Below are positions 19,072 through 28,458 of a stretch of DNA of 64,000 nucleotides, one piece after another (the first letter of the stretch is position 1; each line of letters opens with the position of its first letter). A model generated the notes under the pieces. That model saw nothing but the letters and a program-made list of their open reading frames with translations, was not told the DNA's origin and searched no databases. Source of the stretch: Polyangiaceae bacterium (GTDB taxonomy: Bacteria > Myxococcota_A > Polyangia > Polyangiales > Polyangiaceae); contig CBDCTZ010000014.1 of assembly GCA_965222375.1 (NCBI GenBank), positions 576,001 to 640,000 on the forward strand, written 5' to 3'. Made by a program: the position numbers and the translations under genes.

Positions 19072-19714
19072 TCTCGGGTTTCTCCAAGAAGAAGACGCCC
19101 AAGCCATTCCAAAAGCCGTTTTCGCTGTGGTCCCCCGCGAGCCTGCGATGCCACAACACCTGGAGGCCCGCAGCGGCGATGGCTTCGCGGGTTGCGCAGC
19201 GAATGACCGGGTCGTTGTAGTCGTCCATGAGGAGCACTGAGCGGCGGGCGAGGAGGGGTGCCACTGCGCAAACTCCATGGTGAGTGCCTTCGTAGCTATG
19301 GTCTCCATCGTAGAAGTAGACGCCCACTGGACCCCGGACCAACTGGCGACGGAATAGCTCTCGGCTGGTGGTCGAGTGCACTTCAATCGTCGCGGTGTCC
19401 AGGCGATGCTTGCTCACATTGGCCAGCAGCGCTCGTCGCGCCAAGAAGCCTGGGCCGGTGAAGCGGCCCCAGAACCGGAACTTGTCGCAGCCGACGCAGC
19501 GTTTGCCACGATTGTTCCAAGCGGCAGAGAGTAGGGTGCGTCCTCGATAGGTCCCGATCTCCAGGTAGGTTTCGCCAGGGTCCATTTGGCGGACCAGTTC
19601 GTTCAGGTAGCGGCAGACCCGCGGGCTTGATAGCCCGGGTATGTCCACCAGATGCGTGGCTGACTCGAACTCGGAGTGGTCTTCGAGAATCTGTTTCGCG
19701 ATGTTGTGTTCCAA
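19052..19714 (-). CDS. Class I SAM-dependent methyltransferase (Methyltransf_24-like)
   Basis: YLEIGTYRG, YFYDGDHSY, LLMDDYN; TTG start preceded by GGAGG. Confidence 0.85.
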   Translation of the reverse strand: MEHNIAKQILEDHSEFESATHLVDIPGLSSPRVCRYLNELVRQMDPGETYLEIGTYRGRTLLSAAWNNRGKRCVGCDKFRFWGRFTGPGFLARRALLANVSKHRLDTATIEVHSTTSRELFRRQLVRGPVGVYFYDGDHSYEGTHHGVCAVAPLLARRSVLLMDDYNDPVIRCATREAIAAAGLQVLWHRRLAGDHSENGFWNGLGVFFLEKPETMLTTT

Positions 19715-19774
19715 GGCATACCTCCGGCGCGACGCCTGCGCGGGGCGCCAAGTGAAGCTAATTACGCGGTGTGG

Positions 19775-19790
19775 AGCAAGGTTCGCGCCA
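19775..19790 (-). promoter_or_regulatory. Putative sigma-54 promoter for the methyltransferase gene
   Basis: Minus strand TGGCGCGAACCTTGCT, one mismatch to TGGCACG-N4-TTGCT, ~60 nt upstream of start 19714. Confidence 0.55.
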
Positions 19791-19902
19791 GCCCGTGTGC
19801 GTGGCCGCGCGCCTGGTTGAAGCTAGAACCGCAATGTTCTGTTTCCGATGCGCAACAGTCGGCGCACTCGGCTCGAACACTGTGGCTGCTTCACCACAGA
19901 CT

Positions 19903-20334
19903 TCAGCGCTTTCGCTTCGACTTGCTTGCTCCCGAACGGTGTTCGAGGCGCAACACCAGACGCAGGCCGCTCCAGGTGTCGTCGATGGCACAAACCTTGT
20001 TGTCCACCAGCTTGCCGCCGAGTGCGAAGGCCCGGACCACGTCCTCGCTGACGTCGGTTGTTACTCCCGAGCTCTTCTTGGGCCAAGCCACCCACAGCCC
20101 ACCGTTTTCCGCCATCAGCTTGGGCAGTGTATCCAAGCGTTCTTTCAGCTTTTGCTGGGATGCCACGAAGGCGACCGCAACGTCGAACTCACCGCGGCGT
20201 CTGCGAATCCGCACACCGACGGGAAGTGGCTTCAGCAGCGTGTCGAACCCCTTGGGTGCGCCAGCTAGCAGCAGGGTAGTGCCTGGCTTGATCCCGAGTT
20301 TCTTGGGCAAAGGGGTCGACGAGTAGCCAGCCAT
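19903..20334 (-). CDS. DUF3052 family protein
   Basis: MAGYSSTPLPKKLGIK, LWVAWPKKSS, LVDNKVCAIDDTWSGL. Confidence 0.85.
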   Translation of the reverse strand: MAGYSSTPLPKKLGIKPGTTLLLAGAPKGFDTLLKPLPVGVRIRRRRGEFDVAVAFVASQQKLKERLDTLPKLMAENGGLWVAWPKKSSGVTTDVSEDVVRAFALGGKLVDNKVCAIDDTWSGLRLVLRLEHRSGASKSKRKR

Positions 20335-20423
20335 GGACTGAGGATTTTGGCTACGACCCCGGATGTCAAGCCGGTCAGGTCACGGCAAGATGCACGCCAC
20401 CGGTTCCGGAGTATGATGTCCGC

Positions 20424-21425
20424 ATGAAGTTCCTGCGCCGTGGAAAGAAGATGGGTACGCGCTTGCGTCGCCGCACCGGTTCGATTCTGGTGGACAATTT
20501 TTTTCGTGGGATCTCCCGAGCCGGCAAGCTGCACCCGCACGCCCGGCCCGAGCGTCACGACGTAGTCGTGCAGCGGGACATACCGTACATGGACTCGGGA
20601 CTGCCCGAGCATCACCTGGACGTTTATCTGCCCGGGGCAGTTGCCCGAGGTGAGGTGACGTCCGCTCCATCGGTGCTCTACGTTCACGGCGGTGGGTTCC
20701 GCATTCTTAGCAAAGACACCCATTGGATCATGGGGCTGGCATTCGCTCGTCGCGGCTATGTGGTGTTCAACGTCAGCTATCGCCTGGCCCCACAGCATCC
20801 GTTCCCAGCCGCGATGACAGACGTTTGTGCCGCCCTGGACTGGGTGGGCGGAAATGCACATCGCTACGGTGCTGATCTCGAGCGTCTGGTGTTCGCGGGA
20901 GAGAGTGCGGGCGGCAACCTGGTGACTAGCCTTGCCGTGGCGACGAGCTACAAGCGACCGGAACCCTGGGCGCGCAGTCTCTTCGAAGCCGGGCATCGCG
21001 CGCGCGCAGTCGTAGCGGCGTGCGCATTGCTGCAGGTGTCGGATGCCCAGCGCTTCAAACGGCGTTGGCCCCACATGAGCGGCTTCGTGGGAGACCGACT
21101 GGCAGAGGTCACCGACGCCTACCTGGGAGAGAACCAAGTTCACGACCAGGGCCGCCACGACTTGGCAGATCCTCTGCTATTTTTGGAGCGCGGGGAGTCG
21201 CCGGACCGGCCCTTGCCAGCGTTCTTCGCCCCCTGCGGAACCAAGGACCCGCTCCTGGACGACAGCCGCCGCCTGGAGGCAGCCCTGACGCGCATGGGCG
21301 TGCCCTGTGAGGCAAAGCTCTATCCGGGTGAGGTGCACGCTTTCCATGCGCTTGTGTTCAGGCCCAACGCGAGGCGATGTTGGGCGGATACCTATGCGTT
21401 TCTCGATCGCCACGTGCCGCGCTGA
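20424..21425 (+). CDS. Alpha/beta hydrolase (HSL-family esterase)
   Basis: HGGGF, GESAGG nucleophile, DPLLDD, HAFH. Confidence 0.92.
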   Translation: MKFLRRGKKMGTRLRRRTGSILVDNFFRGISRAGKLHPHARPERHDVVVQRDIPYMDSGLPEHHLDVYLPGAVARGEVTSAPSVLYVHGGGFRILSKDTHWIMGLAFARRGYVVFNVSYRLAPQHPFPAAMTDVCAALDWVGGNAHRYGADLERLVFAGESAGGNLVTSLAVATSYKRPEPWARSLFEAGHRARAVVAACALLQVSDAQRFKRRWPHMSGFVGDRLAEVTDAYLGENQVHDQGRHDLADPLLFLERGESPDRPLPAFFAPCGTKDPLLDDSRRLEAALTRMGVPCEAKLYPGEVHAFHALVFRPNARRCWADTYAFLDRHVPR

Positions 21426-21452
21426 CCCAGCCGGGGCGCCGGTTACGTCAGT

Positions 21453-22367
21453 TCACGGACACTGCCCGGGGCGGGCGAAGACCAGCACGTACTGATGAGG
21501 CAGGATGTCCCGATCGCTGCATAATGCGTAGCCGGCGGTGGTCATTTCCTGCTGCACGGTCTTCGACGGCAGCTTGTGGGAGTCGGGGGGACCTACGGGC
21601 AACTTGCCCATGCGGAAGTCCACGATGACGACGCGCCCCTTGGGAGCCAGCTCTGTTTGCACGCCGCGGAAATAGTCCATTCGTTTTCCGATATGGTGGT
21701 ATGTGTCAACGAGCAGGACAACGTTGACACCCGCTGGTAGCTTCGGGTCGTTCTTGCCCGCCAGGACGGTCGAAACGTTCGAGAGCTTCGCGGCTTTTGC
21801 GCGCTTTTTTACGTGTTCGAGCAACTTGGGCTCGACATCGATCGCGAACACATGCCCTTTGGGTACCGCGCTTGCCAGGTGTGGCACGAAGTAGCCGGTA
21901 CCAGTCCCGATATCCGCGACCTTGTCCCCGGAGGCAAGGGTCAAGGCCTGCACTACCGCTTTGGGCTTCTGCCACGCGTCGCGAGCCGGGTCGTCGAACA
22001 CCTTGGCCCATTTCGCGGGGTCGTCGAAGCGGTGATCCGCAGTAGGGCAGGTATGGTCTACGGGGTGGTGGGGCGGGTGGGAGCCGTGGCCGTGACCGTG
22101 TGAGCCGTGATCGTGAACACTGTGCGGACCGTGGCCCAGTGGATTTGCCTTCGCCTGAGGACCGCTCTTTGGGTGTGCTTCGGGCTCTGGGCAATCGGCT
22201 GAAGCATGCGCCTCGTGTCCGCTGGGTTCGGCGGTTTCCACGGGACAGTGCTTGGCGGCTGGCTGAACTCCCGCTGTGTCCGCTGTCTTTGGCTCTGGCG
22301 CGGGGCCGTGAGCACAGGCCGCCGCTCCCAAGAGGGCCGCAGCCAGGCTCAGAGTCCGCGCGCCCAC
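21453..22367 (-). CDS. Class I SAM-dependent methyltransferase with lipoprotein-like leader and His-rich linker
   Basis: RDAWQKP, VADIGTGTGYF, DTYHHI; N-terminal LLGAAAC; GTG start inferred at 22367. Confidence 0.8.
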   Translation of the reverse strand: MGARTLSLAAALLGAAACAHGPAPEPKTADTAGVQPAAKHCPVETAEPSGHEAHASADCPEPEAHPKSGPQAKANPLGHGPHSVHDHGSHGHGHGSHPPHHPVDHTCPTADHRFDDPAKWAKVFDDPARDAWQKPKAVVQALTLASGDKVADIGTGTGYFVPHLASAVPKGHVFAIDVEPKLLEHVKKRAKAAKLSNVSTVLAGKNDPKLPAGVNVVLLVDTYHHIGKRMDYFRGVQTELAPKGRVVIVDFRMGKLPVGPPDSHKLPSKTVQQEMTTAGYALCSDRDILPHQYVLVFARPGQCP

Positions 22368-23224
22368 TCGGGTTTGAGAATGCGGTCGTCGCGCTCGCTC
22401 AAGATCTGCGTGAGCTCGGCGATCAGTTGCGCCTTTTGCTCCGGCAAATTCGCAGTCAATGGCAGGTAGTTGCTCGCATGATTTGCGGAAAAACGGCATT
22501 GCGATAGCTCGCTTTCATTGACGATCACGAAGAGTTCGTCGAGAAGCCCGAACTTGTCGGGCAGGGTGAACTCGCCACGGCTCTCAGCTTCGGCCAGGGG
22601 CGTGCCTGGCACGACGGTCGTGGTGAGGGCGCCAACGTAGGGCGGATCCATCCGGGTCAGGGCGCTGGCCGTTTCTTTTGCGTGCACCTCTGAGAGCTCG
22701 ACGCCCCCGACTCCCAGGAGCACCATCACGGAATGGGTGATGCCGGCGGCGCGCAGCTTGTCCGCCGTAGCTTCGCACTCTGCGCGGGTCCCGCCCTTGT
22801 CGATGCGGCGCATGACCTCGTCCGAGCCCGATTCCATCCCGTGGTAGACGATACCAAGCCCCGCGGACTGTAGCTCCCTGAGCTCGGCCTCGGTCTTGTT
22901 GCCGACACTGCGCGTGTCGCCATACACGCCGACGCGCTTCACCCAGGGCAGGTGCTCGGAGATGCCCTCGAGTACTTGCAACAGACGGCGGCTGTTCAGA
23001 ATCAAGGCGTCACCGTCACATAGAAAGACGCGTGAGAAGCGCGGCCCCATTTCCTTCGCTTCCAGAATGTCCGCTTCGATCAACTTCCAAGGTTTGGCTT
23101 GGAAGCGTTTGTCCCGATACATGTCGCAGTAGCTGCAGCGATTGTGGCTGCAGCCCACCGTCACTTGCAGCAGCAAGCTCTTGGCCTCACTGGGTGGGCG
23201 ATAAATGCGACCTACGTAGTCCAC
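22349..23224 (-). CDS. Radical SAM protein
   Basis: IYRPPSEAKSLLLQVTVGCSHNRCSYCDMY (CxxxCxxC), GMESG, ANHASNYL; start 23224 (GTG) or 23272. Confidence 0.92.
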   Translation of the reverse strand: MDYVGRIYRPPSEAKSLLLQVTVGCSHNRCSYCDMYRDKRFQAKPWKLIEADILEAKEMGPRFSRVFLCDGDALILNSRRLLQVLEGISEHLPWVKRVGVYGDTRSVGNKTEAELRELQSAGLGIVYHGMESGSDEVMRRIDKGGTRAECEATADKLRAAGITHSVMVLLGVGGVELSEVHAKETASALTRMDPPYVGALTTTVVPGTPLAEAESRGEFTLPDKFGLLDELFVIVNESELSQCRFSANHASNYLPLTANLPEQKAQLIAELTQILSERDDRILKPEWARGL

Positions 23225-23298
23225 GAGCCGGGCAGTATGGCAAAAATCCCTGTGCGTGCGACTTTGTTCCACTTCTCGGAAATGCGAAACTGCCCTGC

Positions 23299-23706
23299 AT
23301 GGGCGGAGACGACGCCGGCCGTGGCGACAAGGACGAGAAAAAGCCGCAGGGCGCGAGCCGGGATCGGGACGCGATTCTCGCCCGGCGCAAGTTTTTCATC
23401 GCTTCGGCGCTCGCGGGCATTGCCGCTACCAGTTGCGACAAAGATCCGAAAGTCTGCCTGAACATCGCCCAGCCTCAACGCGAGGACGCGGCTGCACCCA
23501 TGCCCTGCTTGGAGCCACCGCCCAAGCCGCAGCCGGAGGCTCAGGCCGAGCCGACCGCGTCCGCGTCGCCCACGGCCTCGACTCCTGTGCCGGATCCCAC
23601 CAAGCCGCCGGAGCCGTCGGTGTGTCTGAAAGTGGCCGAACCGCCGAAACCGGCGCCGAGGCCCCGGGTCTGCCTCAAGGTCGCGGTGCCGAAGGACGAC
23701 GACTAG
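23299..23706 (+). CDS. Small Pro-rich putative Tat lipoprotein with four PxxCL motifs
   Basis: ARRKFF twin-arginine-like motif, ATSC lipobox, repeats PKVCL/PMPCL/PSVCL/PRVCL. Confidence 0.65.
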   Translation: MGGDDAGRGDKDEKKPQGASRDRDAILARRKFFIASALAGIAATSCDKDPKVCLNIAQPQREDAAAPMPCLEPPPKPQPEAQAEPTASASPTASTPVPDPTKPPEPSVCLKVAEPPKPAPRPRVCLKVAVPKDDD

Positions 23707-25055
23707 GCACCTTTTCGCGACGCGAGCCTTTTCAATGCCGCGTCCAGCCGCATTTCGGTGACTCTGCGCTCGCTCTCTTCGTAACTCAGCCCGTAGTACA
23801 CGAAGGTCGGTAGAAACGAGATGCGCGACAGCTGCGCTGTCACGGTGTACGCGCGGTCGACGACCCGCAGCCGGCCAGACAGGAGCAGCTCGCCCCAGGC
23901 AGCCTGGCCCCGGAGCACGCTCACGAGGTCATCCGAGGTGACCTGGTTGAGCAGGTCGTAGTCGTGCGCAGGGCGGTCGCTCAGGCGAGCTCCCGCATGG
24001 TCTAGCTCGATGCAGAAGTGCAGAGGCGCGGCTCCGGTGAGGACCTCGAGAACCAAGAGCAGCGAAGCTGAGGGTTCTTGCTCTGAAAGCCCTGGCAACA
24101 AGCGCGATTGCACCCAGGTGGTGATCTCTTCCCGATGCGAGTCAGCGTCGTCCGTACTTCCCTCCATGGGCAGCAATGCAGTTGGGTGAAAAAGAGGCGG
24201 ATGGTCCGGGCCCACATCCGCGAGCAGGGACGAGGCTCCGGCTTGGGGGCTGACCCGCCCATTGGCGACGCGAAAGCTCTGACCGAGTTCCGGGAAAACG
24301 ATGTTCCGGCTTGGGGCTACCTGGCTCAGGTCCCGCACGAAGCGCTCGGGATGCACCGGGTAGACCAGCGCGTTCATGTGCTCGTAGGCCGTGCAGTGGC
24401 GCGTTGCGGAGCTACTCGCGAGCAGAGTGCAAGCGCCCGTCGCGGCAGCTTCTTGCAGCAGGGTGTTGTAGGCGTCGAAGGGAAAGCCGAGGCTGTTGCC
24501 CAAGATTGCGTCGACTTCTTTGAGGGGCTGCCAACGGATCAGCGCTGCATCCAGGGTTTCGGTATTGGTCGCATCCAAGCTCGCCCGAGCCAGCGCTTCG
24601 ACCTCCTGGGGGCTCGAGAACACGCAGTCCACGAGATTCCAGACGCAGGCGCTGTCGCCTGCGACAAAGAAGCCGCACTCGGGCTCTGCAGCCAGCGACG
24701 GCGTGGCAACGACGTCCGCGCCCTGGAGTTGTACCCGCTGCCCGGGTGCAAGCTCCTGGCAGGTTCGAAAACCGGCTCGGGTGGCGATGTTGCAGACCCA
24801 AGGGTCCGGCGAAAGCAGGACGCTATCCGGATCGAAATCCGCGAGCAGCACCAGGCTCTGAACGTCGAAGTGATCTGGGTGAGCGTGGGACACGAAGATG
24901 AAATCGGGCTTCAGAGCTTTGGCCAGGAGCCTTCGGCGGGGCACGGTTTCGAACACGCCGCCGTAGTGGGTCTCCTCCAAAAGCGGATCGAACAGCAGAC
25001 GAACTCCCCCTGCCTCTGCAAGCCAACCCGCGTGTCCCAAGTACGTCCACTGCAT
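23703..25055 (-). CDS. MBL-fold metallo-hydrolase
   Basis: WTYLGHAG, LLFDP, SHAHPDHFD (HxHxDH). Confidence 0.85.
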   Translation of the reverse strand: MQWTYLGHAGWLAEAGGVRLLFDPLLEETHYGGVFETVPRRRLLAKALKPDFIFVSHAHPDHFDVQSLVLLADFDPDSVLLSPDPWVCNIATRAGFRTCQELAPGQRVQLQGADVVATPSLAAEPECGFFVAGDSACVWNLVDCVFSSPQEVEALARASLDATNTETLDAALIRWQPLKEVDAILGNSLGFPFDAYNTLLQEAAATGACTLLASSSATRHCTAYEHMNALVYPVHPERFVRDLSQVAPSRNIVFPELGQSFRVANGRVSPQAGASSLLADVGPDHPPLFHPTALLPMEGSTDDADSHREEITTWVQSRLLPGLSEQEPSASLLLVLEVLTGAAPLHFCIELDHAGARLSDRPAHDYDLLNQVTSDDLVSVLRGQAAWGELLLSGRLRVVDRAYTVTAQLSRISFLPTFVYYGLSYEESERRVTEMRLDAALKRLASRKGA

Positions 25056-25104
25056 GCTTCGCGACCCGCCGCGCAGTCTATGGCACGATACGCCGGTTTT
25101 CGAC

Positions 25105-26391
25105 ATGCAACGTCCTGGCGTGCATCTGGGGGTGGCCTTGGCTCTCGTGATCGCTGCGAGTGCGTGCGCGTCCCAGGAACCCATGCCAGCCCTCGAGCGC
25201 GCTCTGCCGACGGCGCAGGACCGCGTGCGGCGGACCCTGGCAGCTCAGACGTGCCCGCGCGACGTTTGGCCCGTGCTGGCCCACGACCCCCAGCGCAGCA
25301 ATGCGTCGAAGGCTTGCTGCGGCAGCCCCCTCTCCTTGGAGTTCCGATTTCAGCCGCCGGATCTGCTTCACCGACCAGCACGGATCCACCACGTAGTGTC
25401 GGATGGTCGAACGCTATATGCCAGCGCCAGGCTGGGCGAGTCCCCGGCGGTGATGGCTGTCGACTTCACCGGCAAGTTGAAGTGGACCTTCGACAGTCAT
25501 GTGGACATCACGCGCCATCACTGGCCAGCGATCGTCCTCGACCGCGTCGTGTTGAACGATGACGGCCTGTATATCTTGGAACGCGGCACTGGCCGCCGCG
25601 AAGTGGACCGTGGCCTGGACTCCTGGGGTGAGGTGCTCACGGACCAACGAAACCTCTTTGCCAACAACACGTGGCATATCGCGGGCCCAAAGCTCTACGT
25701 CGGAGCGCTGGAATCCGGGGGCGCGCCCTTGTGGACCCGAAACACCCTCGGAGTCAGTCGAGAGGATTACTTGGACCGAGCCGGTGGGATCGCACTGAAT
25801 GCCTCCACGCTGCTGCAGACTTTGGACACCCGCCCCAATGAGCCAAGTGGGATCTTCGCTTTTAGTACGAAGGACGGCCGACGGCTGTGGAGAGCCGACG
25901 CGATTCCGGCGAGCAGAATCAGCACCTATGCGGGCAGAGTCTATGTCATCGAGCGCGAAGTCAGCCGCAGGTCCTTCCACCTCGTATCGCGCTCGCTTGC
26001 AGCGGGAGAAGTGTTCTTTCGTACCGCCGTCGACGCCGCCGAGGCGGAGGCGCCGACGATTGCTGCCGGCCGCATCCTGCTTCGCACCAAGACGGGGACG
26101 CTGCTCGCCTTCGATGCTCAAACCGGGAAGGAAGTCTGGCGTCGCCCCTCCAAGGAACTACGACGGACGGAGCTCTTTCGCTCCTCCACCTTCGCCGTGG
26201 CACAGGGCAGCCGCAGCGTGATCACCAGCGAGGGTCGCGAGCTTGCGCTGCTCGACTTGGCCACGGGTCGTGAAACCTGGCGCGGCCAGCCCACCGGCGC
26301 CAAGGGGGTCCTGCACAGTCCGATCATCGTCGCGGGACGAGTTGTGGTCGTGGATGCCAAGGGGTTCTTGGTGCTGAGCTGCGGGCGCTGA
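25105..26391 (+). CDS. PQQ-like beta-propeller lipoprotein
   Basis: Lipobox ASAC; repeated AFDAxTGKxxW blades. Confidence 0.8.
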   Translation: MQRPGVHLGVALALVIAASACASQEPMPALERALPTAQDRVRRTLAAQTCPRDVWPVLAHDPQRSNASKACCGSPLSLEFRFQPPDLLHRPARIHHVVSDGRTLYASARLGESPAVMAVDFTGKLKWTFDSHVDITRHHWPAIVLDRVVLNDDGLYILERGTGRREVDRGLDSWGEVLTDQRNLFANNTWHIAGPKLYVGALESGGAPLWTRNTLGVSREDYLDRAGGIALNASTLLQTLDTRPNEPSGIFAFSTKDGRRLWRADAIPASRISTYAGRVYVIEREVSRRSFHLVSRSLAAGEVFFRTAVDAAEAEAPTIAAGRILLRTKTGTLLAFDAQTGKEVWRRPSKELRRTELFRSSTFAVAQGSRSVITSEGRELALLDLATGRETWRGQPTGAKGVLHSPIIVAGRVVVVDAKGFLVLSCGR

Positions 26392-26443
26392 AAACGCAGC
26401 TTGACGCGCGGCGCTGCGCGCAACAAACGAAGCGAGCAACAAC

Positions 26444-27016
26444 ATGCTCGACTTGCGCGCTCCCACGCCCAAAGATTGGATAGAGGTTGTCCTCGGGGAC
26501 TTCGACGCGTTCTTGGTGGACCACGCGGCCTGCGAGCGCAAGGCCAGCGCCACGGGCATGTCTCTAGTCGTGAAGTACCCGGATCGAGCCGAGATGCTCG
26601 ACGCGTTGATCGAGTTTTCCAGAGAGGAACTCGAGCACTTCCACATCGTCTACCGCTTGTGCGCGAAGCGTGGCCTGGTCCTGGCCGACGATTACCGAGA
26701 CGACTACGTGCGGGGCCTTCGGCAGCTCGCCCGCACCGGCTCCGAGTGGCTGTTGTTGGACCGACTGCTAGTTGCGGGCGTCGTAGAGGCCAGAGGCTGC
26801 GAACGGCTGGGCCTCGTAGCGGACGGGCTGCAGGACCCGACCCTCAAGGGCATCTACCACGATCTGACCAAAGCCGAGGCGCGGCATCATGGCCTGTTCT
26901 TTCGGTTGGCCCGTCTCTACTACCCGGAGCGCGTCGTGCAGGACCGTGCCGACGAGATGCTGGACGTTGAAGCGAAGCTGATGGCGGACTTGCCGCTGCG
27001 CCCGGCCGTGCACTGA
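26444..27016 (+). CDS. miaE: tRNA-(ms2io6A) hydroxylase MiaE (ferritin-like diiron)
   Basis: LVDHAACERKAS, EELEHF, DRLLVAGVVEARGCER, EARH. Confidence 0.9.
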   Translation: MLDLRAPTPKDWIEVVLGDFDAFLVDHAACERKASATGMSLVVKYPDRAEMLDALIEFSREELEHFHIVYRLCAKRGLVLADDYRDDYVRGLRQLARTGSEWLLLDRLLVAGVVEARGCERLGLVADGLQDPTLKGIYHDLTKAEARHHGLFFRLARLYYPERVVQDRADEMLDVEAKLMADLPLRPAVH

Positions 27017-27019
27017 GTC

Positions 27020-28393
27020 ATGTCCTCCCGAGAGCGGCTCGTCCTAGAGCGCTACTTGGCGCGCTACGCCGAGCCCGAGGCCCGCTACGCCGCACAGCTG
27101 CCCGGCACTTGGTCGCAAGTCTTGGTCGTGCCGGCGCTAGCCGAAGCACCAACGTTTCTCCAACGCTACGAGGCCGCGATCACGCGGGCCCGAGGGCGGG
27201 TGCTCGTCATCGTGGTCGTCAATGCGGCGGCCCAGGCCAGGGCTGAGCTGCATGCTGCAAACCTCGGTCTGGTGAAGGCGCTTCAGCACGCGGGTACTGT
27301 CTTGGCCGAGCCGGCAGAGGGGGTGTGCCTGGTGGAGGCGCGGGATATGGACTTGTTGGTCGTGGACCGCGGACAGGCTCCCCGCTTCCTTCCGCCGAAG
27401 CAGGGTGTGGGGCTCGCTCGCAAGATCGGTTTCGATCTTGCACTCGGGCTTTTTGCACGCGGTGCACTGGAGACGTCGATCCTGGCCGGCACGGACGCAG
27501 ACGCCACCTTGCCGGAGGACTACTTCTCTGTTCTGAACCGCTACTCGGAAGCGGGAATCATCGCAGCGCCGTACCATCATGCAGAGAGCGAGAGCCCGCG
27601 TTTACATCAGGCAACTTGCGCCTACGAGCTCTCCCTTCGGTACCATGTGCTTGGGCTCAGTTTCGCCCAGTCTCCCTATGCCTTGCATACCATTGGGAGC
27701 ACACTGTCCATTCCGGCGCTTGCCTACGCGCAGGTGCGCGGAGTGCCGAAGCGCACCGCCGGGGAGGACTTTCATCTCGTTAACAAAGCACTGAAGGTAG
27801 GGTACGGGGCGCGGCCCGCGCTGGAACCGGTAGTCCTTCAGTCCCGCTGGAGTGAGCGTGTCTTGTTCGGTACAGGTCCTGCTGTGATGCAGATCGATCG
27901 GGACTGGGAGGGGCCCGGGGCTTTTCACTTGCTGCACCCCGATGCGTTTACGCACCTCGGCATCGTCCAACGTGGCGTCCTGCGGGTTGCGCAGGATGGC
28001 CGCGTGGATTCGCTGTACGCCACCTTGAATGAATTGCCGACTTCCTCTGCCGAGATCGTGCTGCAATTCCTGACTCAGTCGAGGCTGCTGCGCGCTCTGG
28101 AGGTAGCGGCGACTGCAAGTAAGAACCCAGACGTCAGGCAGCGCCAGGTCTGCGGGAGCTTCGATGGGCTTCAGAGCCTGCGTTTGATCCATCGGCTTCG
28201 GGATGGTGGCCTGGGTCGCGTCCCGTGGCGCCAGGCCCTCGGCGAAGCCCCCTTCGCCGCGTTGGAGCCTGCAGATCTCGAGGCGGCCCGCCGGTGGTCC
28301 ATGCGGGCCGAGGCCGAGCTGCCGCGGCAAACCGGCCCCCACCTGTCTCAGAACCACCACACGCCTTCGGTTCACGATCCACCGCTCCCGTAG
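27020..28393 (+). CDS. Glycosyltransferase family 2-like protein
   Basis: VVPALAE, GVGLARKIGFD, TDADATLP (DxD), AGEDF, SERVLFGTG. Confidence 0.75.
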   Translation: MSSRERLVLERYLARYAEPEARYAAQLPGTWSQVLVVPALAEAPTFLQRYEAAITRARGRVLVIVVVNAAAQARAELHAANLGLVKALQHAGTVLAEPAEGVCLVEARDMDLLVVDRGQAPRFLPPKQGVGLARKIGFDLALGLFARGALETSILAGTDADATLPEDYFSVLNRYSEAGIIAAPYHHAESESPRLHQATCAYELSLRYHVLGLSFAQSPYALHTIGSTLSIPALAYAQVRGVPKRTAGEDFHLVNKALKVGYGARPALEPVVLQSRWSERVLFGTGPAVMQIDRDWEGPGAFHLLHPDAFTHLGIVQRGVLRVAQDGRVDSLYATLNELPTSSAEIVLQFLTQSRLLRALEVAATASKNPDVRQRQVCGSFDGLQSLRLIHRLRDGGLGRVPWRQALGEAPFAALEPADLEAARRWSMRAEAELPRQTGPHLSQNHHTPSVHDPPLP

Positions 28394-28458
28394 AGCCCAA
28401 GTACCTAGAAACGCGACACATTATCTGGGGCACGGTCGTTGCAGCTGTGTACGCCGCT

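Noticed and set aside
19766..19840. CGCGGTGTGGAGCA resembling the start of tRNA-fMet
   Set aside because: No D/T arms or acceptor pairing follow; it overlaps the sigma-54-like motif on the other strand
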